Sequence record: MZ501051
Reading direction: 5' to 3' (one strand)
Length of the DNA: 50,126 nt
Source of the DNA: Escherichia phage AugustePiccard
The position numbers and the translations under genes were made by a program. Within the stretch, counting starts at the first letter, position 1, and the number at the start of each line of letters is the position of its first letter. Positions 19,647-29,364 of the stretch are shown here, one piece after another. The notes under the pieces were generated by a model. The model did no database searches, was not told the DNA's origin, and was given only the letters and a program-made list of their open reading frames with translations.

Positions 19647-22600
19647 ATGGCACAAATGATCAAAACAAACATGAGGCTTTGTGATATGGCTGAAGAGATT
19701 AAGATTTATGGTGCCAAGGGTGGTAGCCAGAAGCAGCATCAACCAGTAGAGCAGGAAGATAACCTGATTTCGTTAAACAAGGTTAAGGTTCTTTTGGCGG
19801 TTGCTGACGGAGAGGTGGATCCAAACTTCTCAATGAAGGATTTATACCTTGCTGACGTTCCAGTACAAAATCAGAATGGCACCTACAACTATGAAGGAGT
19901 TCGAGCTGAGTTCCGCTCTGGTACGCAGTATCAGGATTACATCGCTGGGCTTGACGGTGCTAACTCAGAGATTCAGGCTTCACGTGAAATCACGAACGAC
20001 ACCCCGTACATTATTGCGGTTAACAATACTCAGCTATCAGCAATTAGAGTTAAGCTATTTTGGCCTCGGCTGGTTAAGCAAGAAAGCAACGGAGACCTGA
20101 ACGGAACTACTTGCGAGTACGCAATTGACCTTTCTGTTAATGGTGGCGCTTATCAGGAATACACTCGCGGAGTTGCAAACGGGAAGACAACTACGGGTTA
20201 CGACCGCAGTATTCGTGTAAACCTTCCAGCTGAATTTGATAGCGCACTGGTTCGAATTCGCAAGATTACAGCAGATTCAACAAGTAGCACGCTGGTTAAT
20301 GGAATGCAGATTACAACCTATCAGGAAGTAATTGACGCTAAATTCCGCTACCCGCTTACTGCTCTGGTTTATGTTGAGTTCGGATCTGACCTGTTCCCTA
20401 ACGGCATCCCGACAATCTCTATAAAGAAGCGCTGGAAGTTGATTCAAGTCCCGACAAACTACGACCCGGAGACCAGGACTTACAGCGGCACATGGAATGG
20501 CCTGTTCAAAATGGCGTGGTCAAACAACCCGGCCTGGGTTCTCTATGACTTAGTGACAAATCGCCGCTACGGCCTTGACCAGCGAGAGTTGGGTGTAGAG
20601 ATTGATAAGTGGGGGCTATATGAAGCTGCGCAATTCTGTGACCAGATGGTGCCGGATGGTAAGGGTGGTATGGAGCCGCGCTACCTGTGCGATATGGTTG
20701 TGCAGAATAAAGTTGAGGCCTACACGCTAATTCGTGACATCTGCTCAATCTTCCGTGGACTGACTTTCTATGATGGCGAAAAGATTGGTATCGTGGTTGA
20801 TAAGCCTCGAAATACATCTTACATCTTCACGAATGATAACGTTGTAAACGGATTATTCAGCCGAACTTTTGCCAGTGATAAGAGCCTTTACACTACGGCA
20901 AACGTTCAGTTCGATGATGTGGAAAACAACTATCAGCAAGATGTAGAGCCGGTATTCGAGTTGGAGGCTACTCGCAGATTTGGATTCAATCCAGTCGACC
21001 TTACGGCAATCGGATGTACGCGAAGAAGTGAAGCAAACAGGCGCGGCAGATGGCTCCTGAAAACCAACCTGAGAAGCGAAACTATCAGCTTCACTACCGG
21101 GTTGGAAGGCATGATTCCGATGATTGGCGAGGTGATTGCGGTTAATGATGCCGCATGGTCTAGCAACTATCAGCTGAACCTTTCCGGTCGTATTGAGTCA
21201 GTTCAGGGATTGCAGGTTTTTACACCGTTCAAAGTTGACGCTGCGCCGGGCGACAGAATTCTTCTAAACAAGCCTGACGGAAGCCCAGAGGCAAGAACTA
21301 TTGCCAGCGTTTCGGAAGATGGTAGAACAATCAACCTTAACACTGCTTTCAGCTTTGTGGCTCAACCTGATACTGTTTTTGCAATTGATAAGGACAATCT
21401 AGCGCTTCAGCAATATGTTGTGACAGGGATTCAAAAAGCAGACTCTGACGGTTCGGATTCTTTCCAGTATACGATTACCGCAGTAGAGTATGACCCGAAC
21501 AAGTACGACGAGATTGACTACGGCGTTAACATTGCTGACCGTCCAACTTCAATTGTTGAACCTGACAGATTGTCGCCGCCTGAGAATTTAACAGTATCAA
21601 GCTACAGCAAGATTGTTCAGGGCTTATCAGTTGAGACGATGGTTATCGGATGGGATAAGGCGCCATACGCTAAAACTTACAACGTTCAATGGAGGAAAGA
21701 AAATGGCAACTGGATTAACGTACCCAGAACAGCAAGCACAGAGGTTGATATCGAGGGTATTTACGCAGGAATCTACGACGTTAGGATTCGCAGCGTATCA
21801 GATACTGAAAACGTGTCCGCCTGGTCTGGCATTGTAACCAAAAGCCTCACCGGAAAGATTGGTAAGCCACCAAAGCTGCAGGTTATAACGGCGAGTGATG
21901 ATGAGGTTTTCGGAATTCGAGTTAAATGGGGGTTTGCTGACGGATCTGGTGATACTGCTTACACTGAGCTTCAGCAAGTGGCTGATAATGGTGATGGTAC
22001 ATACAACCCAGACAGTGCTAGCCTGTTAACTTTGGTCCCATATCCTCAGTATGAATACTGGCACACGCCGATTCAACCCGGCAATGTTATATGGTATCGC
22101 GCAAGGATTATAGATAGGATTGGTAATACATCTGATTGGACGGACTTCGTCAGAGGGATGAGTACTGATGACGCTCAGAAGATCGCTGAATATATCAAGG
22201 TTGATATCGAGCAGTCTGAAGGATTTAAATACCTACAGCAGAATGCAATTGATAAAAACCAAGACATTCAGAATCAAGCTGAGGCAATAATCGAGAACGC
22301 ACTAGCAAATGACTCAGATGTAAGGCGCCAGTCTGTTAAGAATGGGAAATTTACAGCTTCAATAACCGAAAGTCTTCAGTTGATTGCTGACGAGCAGCAA
22401 GCCAGGGTAACTCAGATATCTCAGCTTGAGGCGGATTTTGACGGAAGGGTTAATTCTTTAAACACTGAACTAAGAGAGGTAATAACAACTGGTGATAGCG
22501 CTCTATCAAGATCAATTGATGATTTAAGGGTTGAGATTGACGAGAACATATCATCACAAATAACAAACATAAACACGGCTTTAGTAACAGAAGCAGAAGC

Positions 22601-23156
22601 AAGAGCCACGGCTGACACAGCTTTGTCTGCAAGGCTTGGTCAGAACGAGGCGGCACTAAACCAGAAGCTGGATGCTTTCTCTAATGCCACATCAACTGGC
22701 GTACAGTACGGAATTAGTCTTGGCCTGAAATACAACGGGCAGACTTATTCATCCGGTATGAGCATGGAGCTCGTTGGCACTGGTGGCAATGTTCGCAGTC
22801 AATTCATTTTTGACGCAAACAGATTCGCAATCAGTAACGGAATTGGTTCTGGTTCCGGTCAGTGGCAACTCCCCTTTGTTGTTGAGAATGGAAACGTAAT
22901 CATCCAAAGCGCAGTAATCGGTGATGGATCAATCAGTAACGCGAAGATTGGTAACTTCATTCAGTCCAATAACTACGTGGCAGGAAGCAGAGGTTGGAGG
23001 ATTGATAAGAGTGGTAATGCTGAGATCCGAGGAAAACTTTACGCCAACAGTGGTGAGTTCGCTTTTAACGGAACAAACAATACGGTACAGATTAACGGGA
23101 ACGGAATTACGGTAAACTTACCTGGAGGTGGTAGGGTTGTTGTAGGCACGTTTTAA
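19647..23156 (+). CDS. tail tip / host specificity protein (lambda gpJ-like central fibre)
   Basis: 1169 aa; block NPAWVLYDLVTNRRYGL is characteristic of the gpJ family; true start may be ATG 19686. Confidence 0.75.
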   Translation: MAQMIKTNMRLCDMAEEIKIYGAKGGSQKQHQPVEQEDNLISLNKVKVLLAVADGEVDPNFSMKDLYLADVPVQNQNGTYNYEGVRAEFRSGTQYQDYIAGLDGANSEIQASREITNDTPYIIAVNNTQLSAIRVKLFWPRLVKQESNGDLNGTTCEYAIDLSVNGGAYQEYTRGVANGKTTTGYDRSIRVNLPAEFDSALVRIRKITADSTSSTLVNGMQITTYQEVIDAKFRYPLTALVYVEFGSDLFPNGIPTISIKKRWKLIQVPTNYDPETRTYSGTWNGLFKMAWSNNPAWVLYDLVTNRRYGLDQRELGVEIDKWGLYEAAQFCDQMVPDGKGGMEPRYLCDMVVQNKVEAYTLIRDICSIFRGLTFYDGEKIGIVVDKPRNTSYIFTNDNVVNGLFSRTFASDKSLYTTANVQFDDVENNYQQDVEPVFELEATRRFGFNPVDLTAIGCTRRSEANRRGRWLLKTNLRSETISFTTGLEGMIPMIGEVIAVNDAAWSSNYQLNLSGRIESVQGLQVFTPFKVDAAPGDRILLNKPDGSPEARTIASVSEDGRTINLNTAFSFVAQPDTVFAIDKDNLALQQYVVTGIQKADSDGSDSFQYTITAVEYDPNKYDEIDYGVNIADRPTSIVEPDRLSPPENLTVSSYSKIVQGLSVETMVIGWDKAPYAKTYNVQWRKENGNWINVPRTASTEVDIEGIYAGIYDVRIRSVSDTENVSAWSGIVTKSLTGKIGKPPKLQVITASDDEVFGIRVKWGFADGSGDTAYTELQQVADNGDGTYNPDSASLLTLVPYPQYEYWHTPIQPGNVIWYRARIIDRIGNTSDWTDFVRGMSTDDAQKIAEYIKVDIEQSEGFKYLQQNAIDKNQDIQNQAEAIIENALANDSDVRRQSVKNGKFTASITESLQLIADEQQARVTQISQLEADFDGRVNSLNTELREVITTGDSALSRSIDDLRVEIDENISSQITNINTALVTEAEARATADTALSARLGQNEAALNQKLDAFSNATSTGVQYGISLGLKYNGQTYSSGMSMELVGTGGNVRSQFIFDANRFAISNGIGSGSGQWQLPFVVENGNVIIQSAVIGDGSISNAKIGNFIQSNNYVAGSRGWRIDKSGNAEIRGKLYANSGEFAFNGTNNTVQINGNGITVNLPGGGRVVVGTF

Positions 23157-23158
23157 AA

Positions 23159-23186
23159 CAAAAGCCCCGAAAGGGGCTTTATCTTT
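23159..23186. terminator. bidirectional terminator between convergent genes
   Basis: AGCCCC-GAAA-GGGGCT flanked by A-run and T-rich tract. Confidence 0.6.
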
Positions 23187-24120
23187 AATACATATCAGGA
23201 AGGTAAGGAAGAGGAATGCCAAGTGTAACGTCTGGCCTATTTCCAATTTCATATCTAACTATCCTTGTGCCCGTGCCGCTCCTTACATTACCACCAGACA
23301 TTACCACACCTTTGTTTCTTAGCTCCTTGTATGCAGGTATTGCTCTTGTGTTAAACCCACACCTAAGTATTGGAAAGTATGAGTTTCCTATACTCTGGTT
23401 TGAGCTCGTCAAGGTCCTGAACCCAGAAACAACAAGAGGCCTTGTTAATGTTGAAAAAGTACACTGATTGTTAGAGTTGAATATGTTTATGCCAGGCCCT
23501 GGGGTTGGAGCAACCTGCTGAAATATTATTAGATCAAGAGTTACGCTACCAGGGGTATCTCCAGTATCTTCTGTATTTATATTCGTGCAATATAGAGTTC
23601 TGTCACCATCAAACTCAACTGAGACACCTGAGTTATTCCACTTCCCAAAAGGTATTCCAGCTATTGGCATTGTATAGCTGTTTGTGAATGATACGGTTGC
23701 TGAAAATTTGCAAGTAAGAAGCCTATCCCTTGTTGTTATAGAGGCGAAATCAGTACTATCAGCAACGTATATACCTTGCCCAGTTGACGCTCTCAATACT
23801 TCCACTACAGTTCCAGAGAACTGCGTAATACGGTCATTATAAGCATTCTCCCCACCAATAGTTATCGTCCCCTGAGTATTGGTTGCTGAAAATCCATTTA
23901 TATAATAAATCTCAACCCCCCTATCAAGTTCAAAGCTATAGGCACCATTTCTTGGTAGTAAGAATTTTGATGAGCCATCGCTACCAGTTATTGGGAATGT
24001 CTTTGTAAATCCTCCGCTAGAAACGTTGAAGTTACCAGCAAAAGACAACCCCCTCATCCCTGAGGTTATCATCATTGGGTTTCTACCATCATTCAGATCT
24101 ATATATATACCTTGGGCCAT
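23185..24120 (-). CDS. hypothetical protein (possible receptor-binding or tail-associated)
   Basis: About 311 aa, convergent with J; start ATG 24120 overlaps the upstream lipoprotein stop (TAATG); Gly/Ser/Thr/Asn-rich. Confidence 0.35.
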   Translation of the reverse strand: MAQGIYIDLNDGRNPMMITSGMRGLSFAGNFNVSSGGFTKTFPITGSDGSSKFLLPRNGAYSFELDRGVEIYYINGFSATNTQGTITIGGENAYNDRITQFSGTVVEVLRASTGQGIYVADSTDFASITTRDRLLTCKFSATVSFTNSYTMPIAGIPFGKWNNSGVSVEFDGDRTLYCTNINTEDTGDTPGSVTLDLIIFQQVAPTPGPGINIFNSNNQCTFSTLTRPLVVSGFRTLTSSNQSIGNSYFPILRCGFNTRAIPAYKELRNKGVVMSGGNVRSGTGTRIVRYEIGNRPDVTLGIPLPYLPDMY

Positions 24121-24350
24121 TAATTCCACTCCTTAGAGCCATGATCACGAACAGATCCGCTAGAGCCTTTAATTCCATCGTAACGAACATCAACCTCGCC
24201 AGCCGGAACAACTACACCACCCTTCCATTTAGCTACGCATACGCCGTTAGCTTGAGTTGCACACCAACCATCCGGGCGAGGACCCGATGAACAACCTACT
24301 GTCATGATTACTACTGCGGCGATGATTGCTGATTTGATTAAGTTAGTCAT
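24120..24350 (-). CDS. small lipoprotein (Cor/Llp-like superinfection-exclusion candidate)
   Basis: 76 aa; signal peptide ending in lipobox-like ..MTVGC; own box promoter; coupled to the downstream gene. Confidence 0.5.
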   Translation of the reverse strand: MTNLIKSAIIAAVVIMTVGCSSGPRPDGWCATQANGVCVAKWKGGVVVPAGEVDVRYDGIKGSSGSVRDHGSKEWN

Positions 24351-24390
24351 TTTGTATTCCTTAGTAAGTTCGTTTCGTTTCGATGGAGTA

Positions 24391-24436
24391 ATAGTATCGC
24401 ATCCTTGCGATCAGTGTTTAGCAATTCGTGCTATTC
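24391..24436 (-). promoter_or_regulatory. box promoter for the Cor-like lipoprotein
   Basis: Minus strand: GAATAGCACGAATTGCTAAA, 22 nt, TACTAT, CCATCGAAACGAAACG; the box encodes the methyltransferase C-terminus N-S-T-N-C-stop. Confidence 0.6.
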
Positions 24437-25107
24437 GCCAAGAATACAGCTCTTGCAAATCCACGAGGTGTAAGGCTGCGAATTACCTTTGTCTTCTTGC
24501 TCTTGCCGCCAAGTTTCTTGTATTGGTCAGAGAAACCACCATCAACCTCCACAGGAATCGCCTCAGGCCATCTAAACCCATTACCAGACCAAATACATGT
24601 CTTTTTAGGGTATGCATCTCTTGGCTTTATTAGGTCTCTAAAAAACGGGTGTAAATCATCTTCCGGCAAATATCCACCGTACTCATATGGATGGAAAGTG
24701 TTATCAGGTTTTCGCCAAAGTGATGAAAGTACGCTGATTGGGTTTTCAATCATGTATGGCACCTCGTACTTTTCAGCCAGGTTGAAAGCAAACTTGCAAG
24801 TCTCTGCCGCCTCAATTTGAAAATTAGGATTGGCAAGACGCTTACGCTCGAAGTGTCTTGAGCCGCTCACCGCTAAATCCGTACAAGGCGGGAATGCTAA
24901 AATGAAATCAGGCTTCACATCGAAATCGAAGTCAGCATCTATCCAGGTGTTAACGTAGGTAATATTCTCATGCTCAACTTTTGCGTTTAAGTCACCGTAG
25001 CTCCCGTGGTCTGACTCATCAAAGTTGAAGCAGTAGCAAGTGTGACCAGCTTCAGCCCAATCTTTTACCGCCAGACCAGAACCATCAAATAAAGACCAGA
25101 TAACCAT
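24418..25107 (-). CDS. compact DNA (cytosine-5)-methyltransferase-like protein
   Basis: Motif I LFDGSG, motif IV FPPCT (Pro-Cys), motif VI ENP, C-terminal R.LTPRGFARA; only 229 aa, so no room for a typical target-recognition domain. Confidence 0.55.
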   Translation of the reverse strand: MVIWSLFDGSGLAVKDWAEAGHTCYCFNFDESDHGSYGDLNAKVEHENITYVNTWIDADFDFDVKPDFILAFPPCTDLAVSGSRHFERKRLANPNFQIEAAETCKFAFNLAEKYEVPYMIENPISVLSSLWRKPDNTFHPYEYGGYLPEDDLHPFFRDLIKPRDAYPKKTCIWSGNGFRWPEAIPVEVDGGFSDQYKKLGGKSKKTKVIRSLTPRGFARAVFLANSTNC

Positions 25108-25136
25108 ATTAAAACCCCTCTCGTTAAAGTGCGGCG

Positions 25137-25181
25137 ATTATACCGCGCAAAATTTATTGTTCTTTGGCAATTCGTGCCATA
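25137..25181 (-). promoter_or_regulatory. box promoter for the methyltransferase-like gene
   Basis: Minus strand: GGCACGAATTGCCAAAG, 22 nt, TATAAT, leader AACGAGAGGGG. Confidence 0.55.
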
Positions 25182-25388
25182 TCAGATTTTAAATTCTTCA
25201 TAGTTGTTGTTGATAATCAGGCAGTGATAACGGATCAATTCAATGCGTCTCTCTCCGTGATTTAAAGCATTCTCGGCGCATCTTTCCTGATACTCAGCCC
25301 AAGCCTTATCTCGGTCTATTGTTGGCTCCGTGGCGATTCTGAGGCCCTTTGGTGTGGTGATTACTACCTGATAGAGTAAGTTGCTCAT
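25182..25388 (-). CDS. hypothetical protein
   Basis: 68 aa, RBS AAGGAG. Confidence 0.45.
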   Translation of the reverse strand: MSNLLYQVVITTPKGLRIATEPTIDRDKAWAEYQERCAENALNHGERRIELIRYHCLIINNNYEEFKI

Positions 25389-25399
25389 TTCATATCTCC

Positions 25400-25669
25400 T
25401 TAATGGATATTTTCGCAGCCAGGTAGGGACTTAACATTGTAATGTCGATAAGCGAATATCAAGTTAAGGGCTTGCTCGCCTGTGCACTTAAGAGCGCCAG
25501 AGATAATCAGTGAAGACTCAGCAATGTGATTCATTAACTCATTTCTGACAGGGTCGTCATCTGCCATTAACTCTGCGTGCTTAACAAAAAGAGCGTTGTT
25601 TACCAGGATGGTCACAACCTTTTCATTGAGTTCTTTCTTCGCTTTCGCAATCTCTTTCTCGTAGTTCAT
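25400..25669 (-). CDS. hypothetical protein
   Basis: 89 aa, RBS AAGGTGG. Confidence 0.45.
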   Translation of the reverse strand: MNYEKEIAKAKKELNEKVVTILVNNALFVKHAELMADDDPVRNELMNHIAESSLIISGALKCTGEQALNLIFAYRHYNVKSLPGCENIH

Positions 25670-25670
25670 C

Positions 25671-26348
25671 TTATACCACCTTATTTTCGATTTGCATTAC
25701 GTTATTAACTGCCAGCATAACATTTCGATTCTGCTGCTGCGTTGTAACTACAAAAGACTCCATCTTAATCCGATCTAAATCTTTTTCCGCACCCTCTCGG
25801 GTTAATTGCATTACCCGGTCATGGTTATATTTTTCCAATTCCGTCAACCCCACCTTATCTTCAAGCTTCCAGCAGTACACCTGCATTTCACTATATATTT
25901 TAGAGTTTACAGCCATTTGGCCTTGCATGCTATGAATGTGGTTATCTTTCTCTTTAATGATTTTCTCGTAATGTGCCACGATGTTTAGATTTCCAACAGC
26001 TTCGATCTTTGACTCAAGTTCATGAAGCCTTCGGATTACTTTATGGCGAAGTGCGACGCTGTATCCGGTGATTAGCGTTTCGGTAAGTTCCTTGTTAAGC
26101 AAAATCTCTGATGTATAGCCACGAACGTCAGTAAGTACTTGATAATCATCATGACTCAAATCTGAGTCATCGTTATAATGTAACAATTCATCGATCATTT
26201 CTTGAGCGTCCCTCACGACGTTGCCATGTCGCTTTCCGGTTAATTCGGCAACTTCCTTTGTGCTCATCATTGCTTTTGGTTGTTCTTTGTACACTTTAAT
26301 ATTCATTTTCATCTCTCTTCTGTTTTTCATGACCCAAATCTGGATCAT
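25671..26348 (-). CDS. Rha-family phage regulatory protein (antirepressor-like)
   Basis: N-terminal block MSTKEVAELTGKRHGNVVRDAQEMI matches the Rha domain signature; coiled-coil C-terminus; start codon uncertain. Confidence 0.55.
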   Translation of the reverse strand: MIQIWVMKNRREMKMNIKVYKEQPKAMMSTKEVAELTGKRHGNVVRDAQEMIDELLHYNDDSDLSHDDYQVLTDVRGYTSEILLNKELTETLITGYSVALRHKVIRRLHELESKIEAVGNLNIVAHYEKIIKEKDNHIHSMQGQMAVNSKIYSEMQVYCWKLEDKVGLTELEKYNHDRVMQLTREGAEKDLDRIKMESFVVTTQQQNRNVMLAVNNVMQIENKVV

Positions 26349-26408
26349 GATTTGATGTTCGGCCTGAAATTCAGGTTGGATGACGACACCATTGCCGCCA
26401 TGCGCCTA

Positions 26409-26455
26409 AATATAACTAAAGATACCCAGTTGTCTTTAGCAATTAGTGCTATTTA
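26409..26455 (-). promoter_or_regulatory. box promoter for the Rha gene
   Basis: Minus strand: AAATAGCACTAATTGCTAAA, 22 nt, TATATT. Confidence 0.5.
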
Positions 26456-26576
26456 TCGCCAATTCCACCATAAATCACAGTTACACGTAACCGATGTAAC
26501 TCGATGTATACAATCTCGTCCGCGGAAAATGGTATACGCCCTGTTACGCCTGGTTACGCTATAGTTACATTAAAAT

Positions 26577-26624
26577 ATCTATATATATCAACCTTTTACT
26601 CTTATTATTATTATTATATATATT
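26577..26624. repeat. microsatellite (AT)n-(TTA)5-(TA)n in divergent region A
   Basis: atctatatatatatc...cttattattattattatatatatt. Confidence 0.8.
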
Positions 26625-26939
26625 ACTATGTATATCATGTAACTACTTCTATGGAGTGTTCCGGTTGTAATTTTAATATCATGTGGATTTATACAGTATC
26701 TAACAATCAGCATAGCAACGCACCCTCCTTGAAGAATGGTATACACGATATACACGCTGGTTACATTGAGCTATAGCTGGTCTGGGGTGCCAAAAAGCGT
26801 AACTAGTGGCAGTGCCTACACGGAATTACAAGGATTCACGCGTAAACTTAATAAATTGATAGGCACAAACGATATGACTTATCACCTCCTAGTGCATATA
26901 GTTATCTCATCGAAAGCAAACAACCAGAGAGATAAAGAA

Positions 26940-27134
26940 ATGACCTACTACATTATCAAAGAGAAAAACAACGCACTGTTCGGTGACTGCTACTTTGGTG
27001 GCCCTGCCGGATACACAACGGATAAGAACGAGGCTGACAGATTCGAGACTAAAGAAGAAGCCCGAGATGTGCTGACTGGTTACTTCACAGTAGAAGATAT
27101 GAAATCGGTTAAGGTTGTTGAGGTGAAGGAATAA
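26940..27134 (+). CDS. hypothetical small protein
   Basis: ATG preceded by the conserved leader (CATCGAAAGC...AGAGAGATAAAGAA); track ORF extends upstream without support. Confidence 0.45.
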   Translation: MTYYIIKEKNNALFGDCYFGGPAGYTTDKNEADRFETKEEARDVLTGYFTVEDMKSVKVVEVKE

Positions 27135-27137
27135 AAT

Positions 27138-28103
27138 ATGAGCTTTAAAGTTTTTACGCGAGAGGAACTAAGCAACGAGGCTTATCATAACGAGACTGAG
27201 CATATATCAGGCAGTTCAATTGTCGAGATTATCCAGGGCTCTCCGGCTAAGTGGAAGTTTAAACAGCGTAATAATGATAGCAAGGCTCTTAAGTTCGGAA
27301 CGCTGAGTCACACATACATCCTAGAGGGTGACGTGTTTGATAAAGAATACCTGAGAGCAACTGACCTTGACTCAATTGAAGGATTGATTACCAGCCAAAC
27401 CGGTTTGGCTGCGGCACTTAAGAAAGTTGGTGTGGCTGGCACGTCAGGGAAGGGGTATGGCGAGCTTGTAGAGATGATGTATCGCTCTGGTGAGGATTGG
27501 CCTGTTAAATGGCTAATTGAGCAGAAGGAGAGCGCTCAGGCGCTTGTGGAGGGTAAGGAGTTAGTTAGCGCAGCGGACTACGACAAAGTGGTGGCGATGC
27601 GTGAGGTTCTTTGCAATATTCCGGCATACGATAAGATTGTTAATAGTGAGACGGCGCAGAAGGAGTTATCAATCTTCGGTGAGATTCTAGGCGTTGGCGT
27701 TAAGATTCGAATCGACCATGTTGACGTTATTGATGGAGTCGTTCGGATCACAGACTATAAAACGACAGCGGACGCAAGCCCTGAGGGATTTGGCAAATCG
27801 GCATTCTCGCACGGGTACCTTGCAAAAATGTCGCTTCAGCGCGATCTGTTTGTGAAGGCATTCAACGAGAAGCGAAAGGTTGTTGTGGGATTGTTAGCAC
27901 AGGAGAAGGTAGAGCCATACTTACCAATGCTTTACACCTTGACGGACGAGCAGTTACGAATTGGTAGGTTGCAGTATCTTGAGGCGTTGGCCACTTATAA
28001 GAAGTGCAAGGAGCTAGATATCTGGCCGGGGTACTCGAATGGGATTACAGAGCAAGAGCTACTAGTTCCTGAGTGGGCACTGAAACAATACAAAGAAATA
28101 TAA
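27138..28103 (+). CDS. PD-(D/E)XK-family exonuclease (recombination exonuclease)
   Basis: Motif IDHVDVIDGVVRITDYKTT (D...D-x-K core); directly upstream of erf and ssb. Confidence 0.5.
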   Translation: MSFKVFTREELSNEAYHNETEHISGSSIVEIIQGSPAKWKFKQRNNDSKALKFGTLSHTYILEGDVFDKEYLRATDLDSIEGLITSQTGLAAALKKVGVAGTSGKGYGELVEMMYRSGEDWPVKWLIEQKESAQALVEGKELVSAADYDKVVAMREVLCNIPAYDKIVNSETAQKELSIFGEILGVGVKIRIDHVDVIDGVVRITDYKTTADASPEGFGKSAFSHGYLAKMSLQRDLFVKAFNEKRKVVVGLLAQEKVEPYLPMLYTLTDEQLRIGRLQYLEALATYKKCKELDIWPGYSNGITEQELLVPEWALKQYKEI

Positions 28104-28147
28104 ATAGCACGAATTGCTAAAGACAAAATTAACGAGTGGGGTATGAT
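28103..28147 (+). promoter_or_regulatory. box promoter upstream of erf
   Basis: AAATAGCACGAATTGCTAAA, 22 nt, TATGAT; box starts right after the exonuclease stop. Confidence 0.6.
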
Positions 28148-28264
28148 TGCCCCATCAACAACGAACGAGGTTAAAATTATGAATCTTCACCCATTTACAT
28201 ATATCCACATTACTGCTTGGATCGGTTTGTTCATTTACTTATTCAATCGATAAGGATTTTAAAG

Positions 28265-28915
28265 ATGCAAATTTCAGAATCATTTAAGTCAATTTTAAGC
28301 GCTCTTCACACTGCTAAGTCGATGTTTGCTAAAGCAGAGAGGTCACAGCAAAACACACACCTTAAGAACAGGTACGCTAAATTAGAAGATGTTTTAGCTG
28401 CTGTTGAGCCAGGACTTGATGAGTGCGGATTAGTTATGTTCCAAAGCGTAATTGACGATGAGTCAACTAACAGATTAAAGGTTGAGACAAAAATATTCCA
28501 TGCCGAATCTGGAGAGTGGGTTAGCTTCTTAATGATCGTCCCAATCAGTAAGAATGATGCGCAGGGTTACGGCTCAGCTTTAACATACGCTCGACGTTAC
28601 GGAATAACGGCAGCTTTAGGCCTTAGCCAGGCAGATGATGATGGTAATCTCGCAGCGAAAGGCGTTAAAGACTTTAAGCGTGAACTTGAGAAGTGCAATA
28701 CTCTTGATGAACTACGTAACGTCTGGAAAGAAGCAAAGCAGTCACTTGACGCGGCAGGTTGGAAGGTTTTCGAACCTCACATTATCGAACGCAAGGCAGA
28801 GATTGAGGCAAACGCGATGACTGGCTTCAACCCAGCAACACCAAAGAAAGTCGCAGAAAAAAGTAGTCATGAAGAAAAGATTGAAGTAGAATCACAACAA
28901 ATCGAAACATTCTAA
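28265..28915 (+). CDS. erf: ERF-family single-strand annealing protein
   Basis: Blocks NRYAKLEDVLAAVEP and GSALTYARRYGITAALGL are typical of the ERF superfamily; ATG 28265 with RBS. Confidence 0.65.
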   Translation: MQISESFKSILSALHTAKSMFAKAERSQQNTHLKNRYAKLEDVLAAVEPGLDECGLVMFQSVIDDESTNRLKVETKIFHAESGEWVSFLMIVPISKNDAQGYGSALTYARRYGITAALGLSQADDDGNLAAKGVKDFKRELEKCNTLDELRNVWKEAKQSLDAAGWKVFEPHIIERKAEIEANAMTGFNPATPKKVAEKSSHEEKIEVESQQIETF

Positions 28916-28956
28916 TTTAAGAGGGGCTTCGGCCCCAGACAACAGAGGAATAAGGT

Positions 28957-29364
28957 ATGCACGTAATTACTGGTAAGATTAGTCGCGCTCCGTTCACTAA
29001 AGAAGGCGCTAACGCTAACGGTAACTGGAAAATGTTCGCAGTTGATTTGAGTGAGCGATACAAGGATAAAGATGGGAAAACTCAGTACACCAACTACCGC
29101 GCTGTGCTTTTCGCTAAAGAGTCGATGCTAGATTGGTACAATGAGGCATTTCAAGAGGGTAAAGTTGTTAGCATTAGCGCAGAAAGCCTGGCTGTTGATG
29201 TTCGGGATAAAGATGGCAAGACTTACGTTACTGTCAATATGAATAATCCTAGGCTTGAGTTTAGTCAGCGTGGCGATTCACAACCACAGAAAAATAATAG
29301 ACAGCAGCAACAGCAGCATCCTCAGCAACAGCAGCAACAGTTCAATGACGACATTCCATTCTGA
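28957..29364 (+). CDS. ssb: single-stranded DNA-binding protein
   Basis: Gln-rich linker and canonical acidic C-terminal tail DDIPF. Confidence 0.7.
   Translation: MHVITGKISRAPFTKEGANANGNWKMFAVDLSERYKDKDGKTQYTNYRAVLFAKESMLDWYNEAFQEGKVVSISAESLAVDVRDKDGKTYVTVNMNNPRLEFSQRGDSQPQKNNRQQQQQHPQQQQQQFNDDIPF

Noticed and set aside
23185-26348. Lysogeny module (integrase, CI-like repressor) suggested by the presence of a Rha-family gene
   Set aside because: No integrase or recombinase motifs and no repressor/Cro pair were seen anywhere in the window; Rha-like genes also occur in virulent phages.
26504-26776. ORF 26504..26776 (90 aa with YYYYYIYYY) and the upstream part of ORF 26736..27134 across divergent region A
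   Set aside because: They translate the microsatellite and repeat tracts; no RBS; the conserved leader and RBS point to the downstream ATG at 26940 as the real start.
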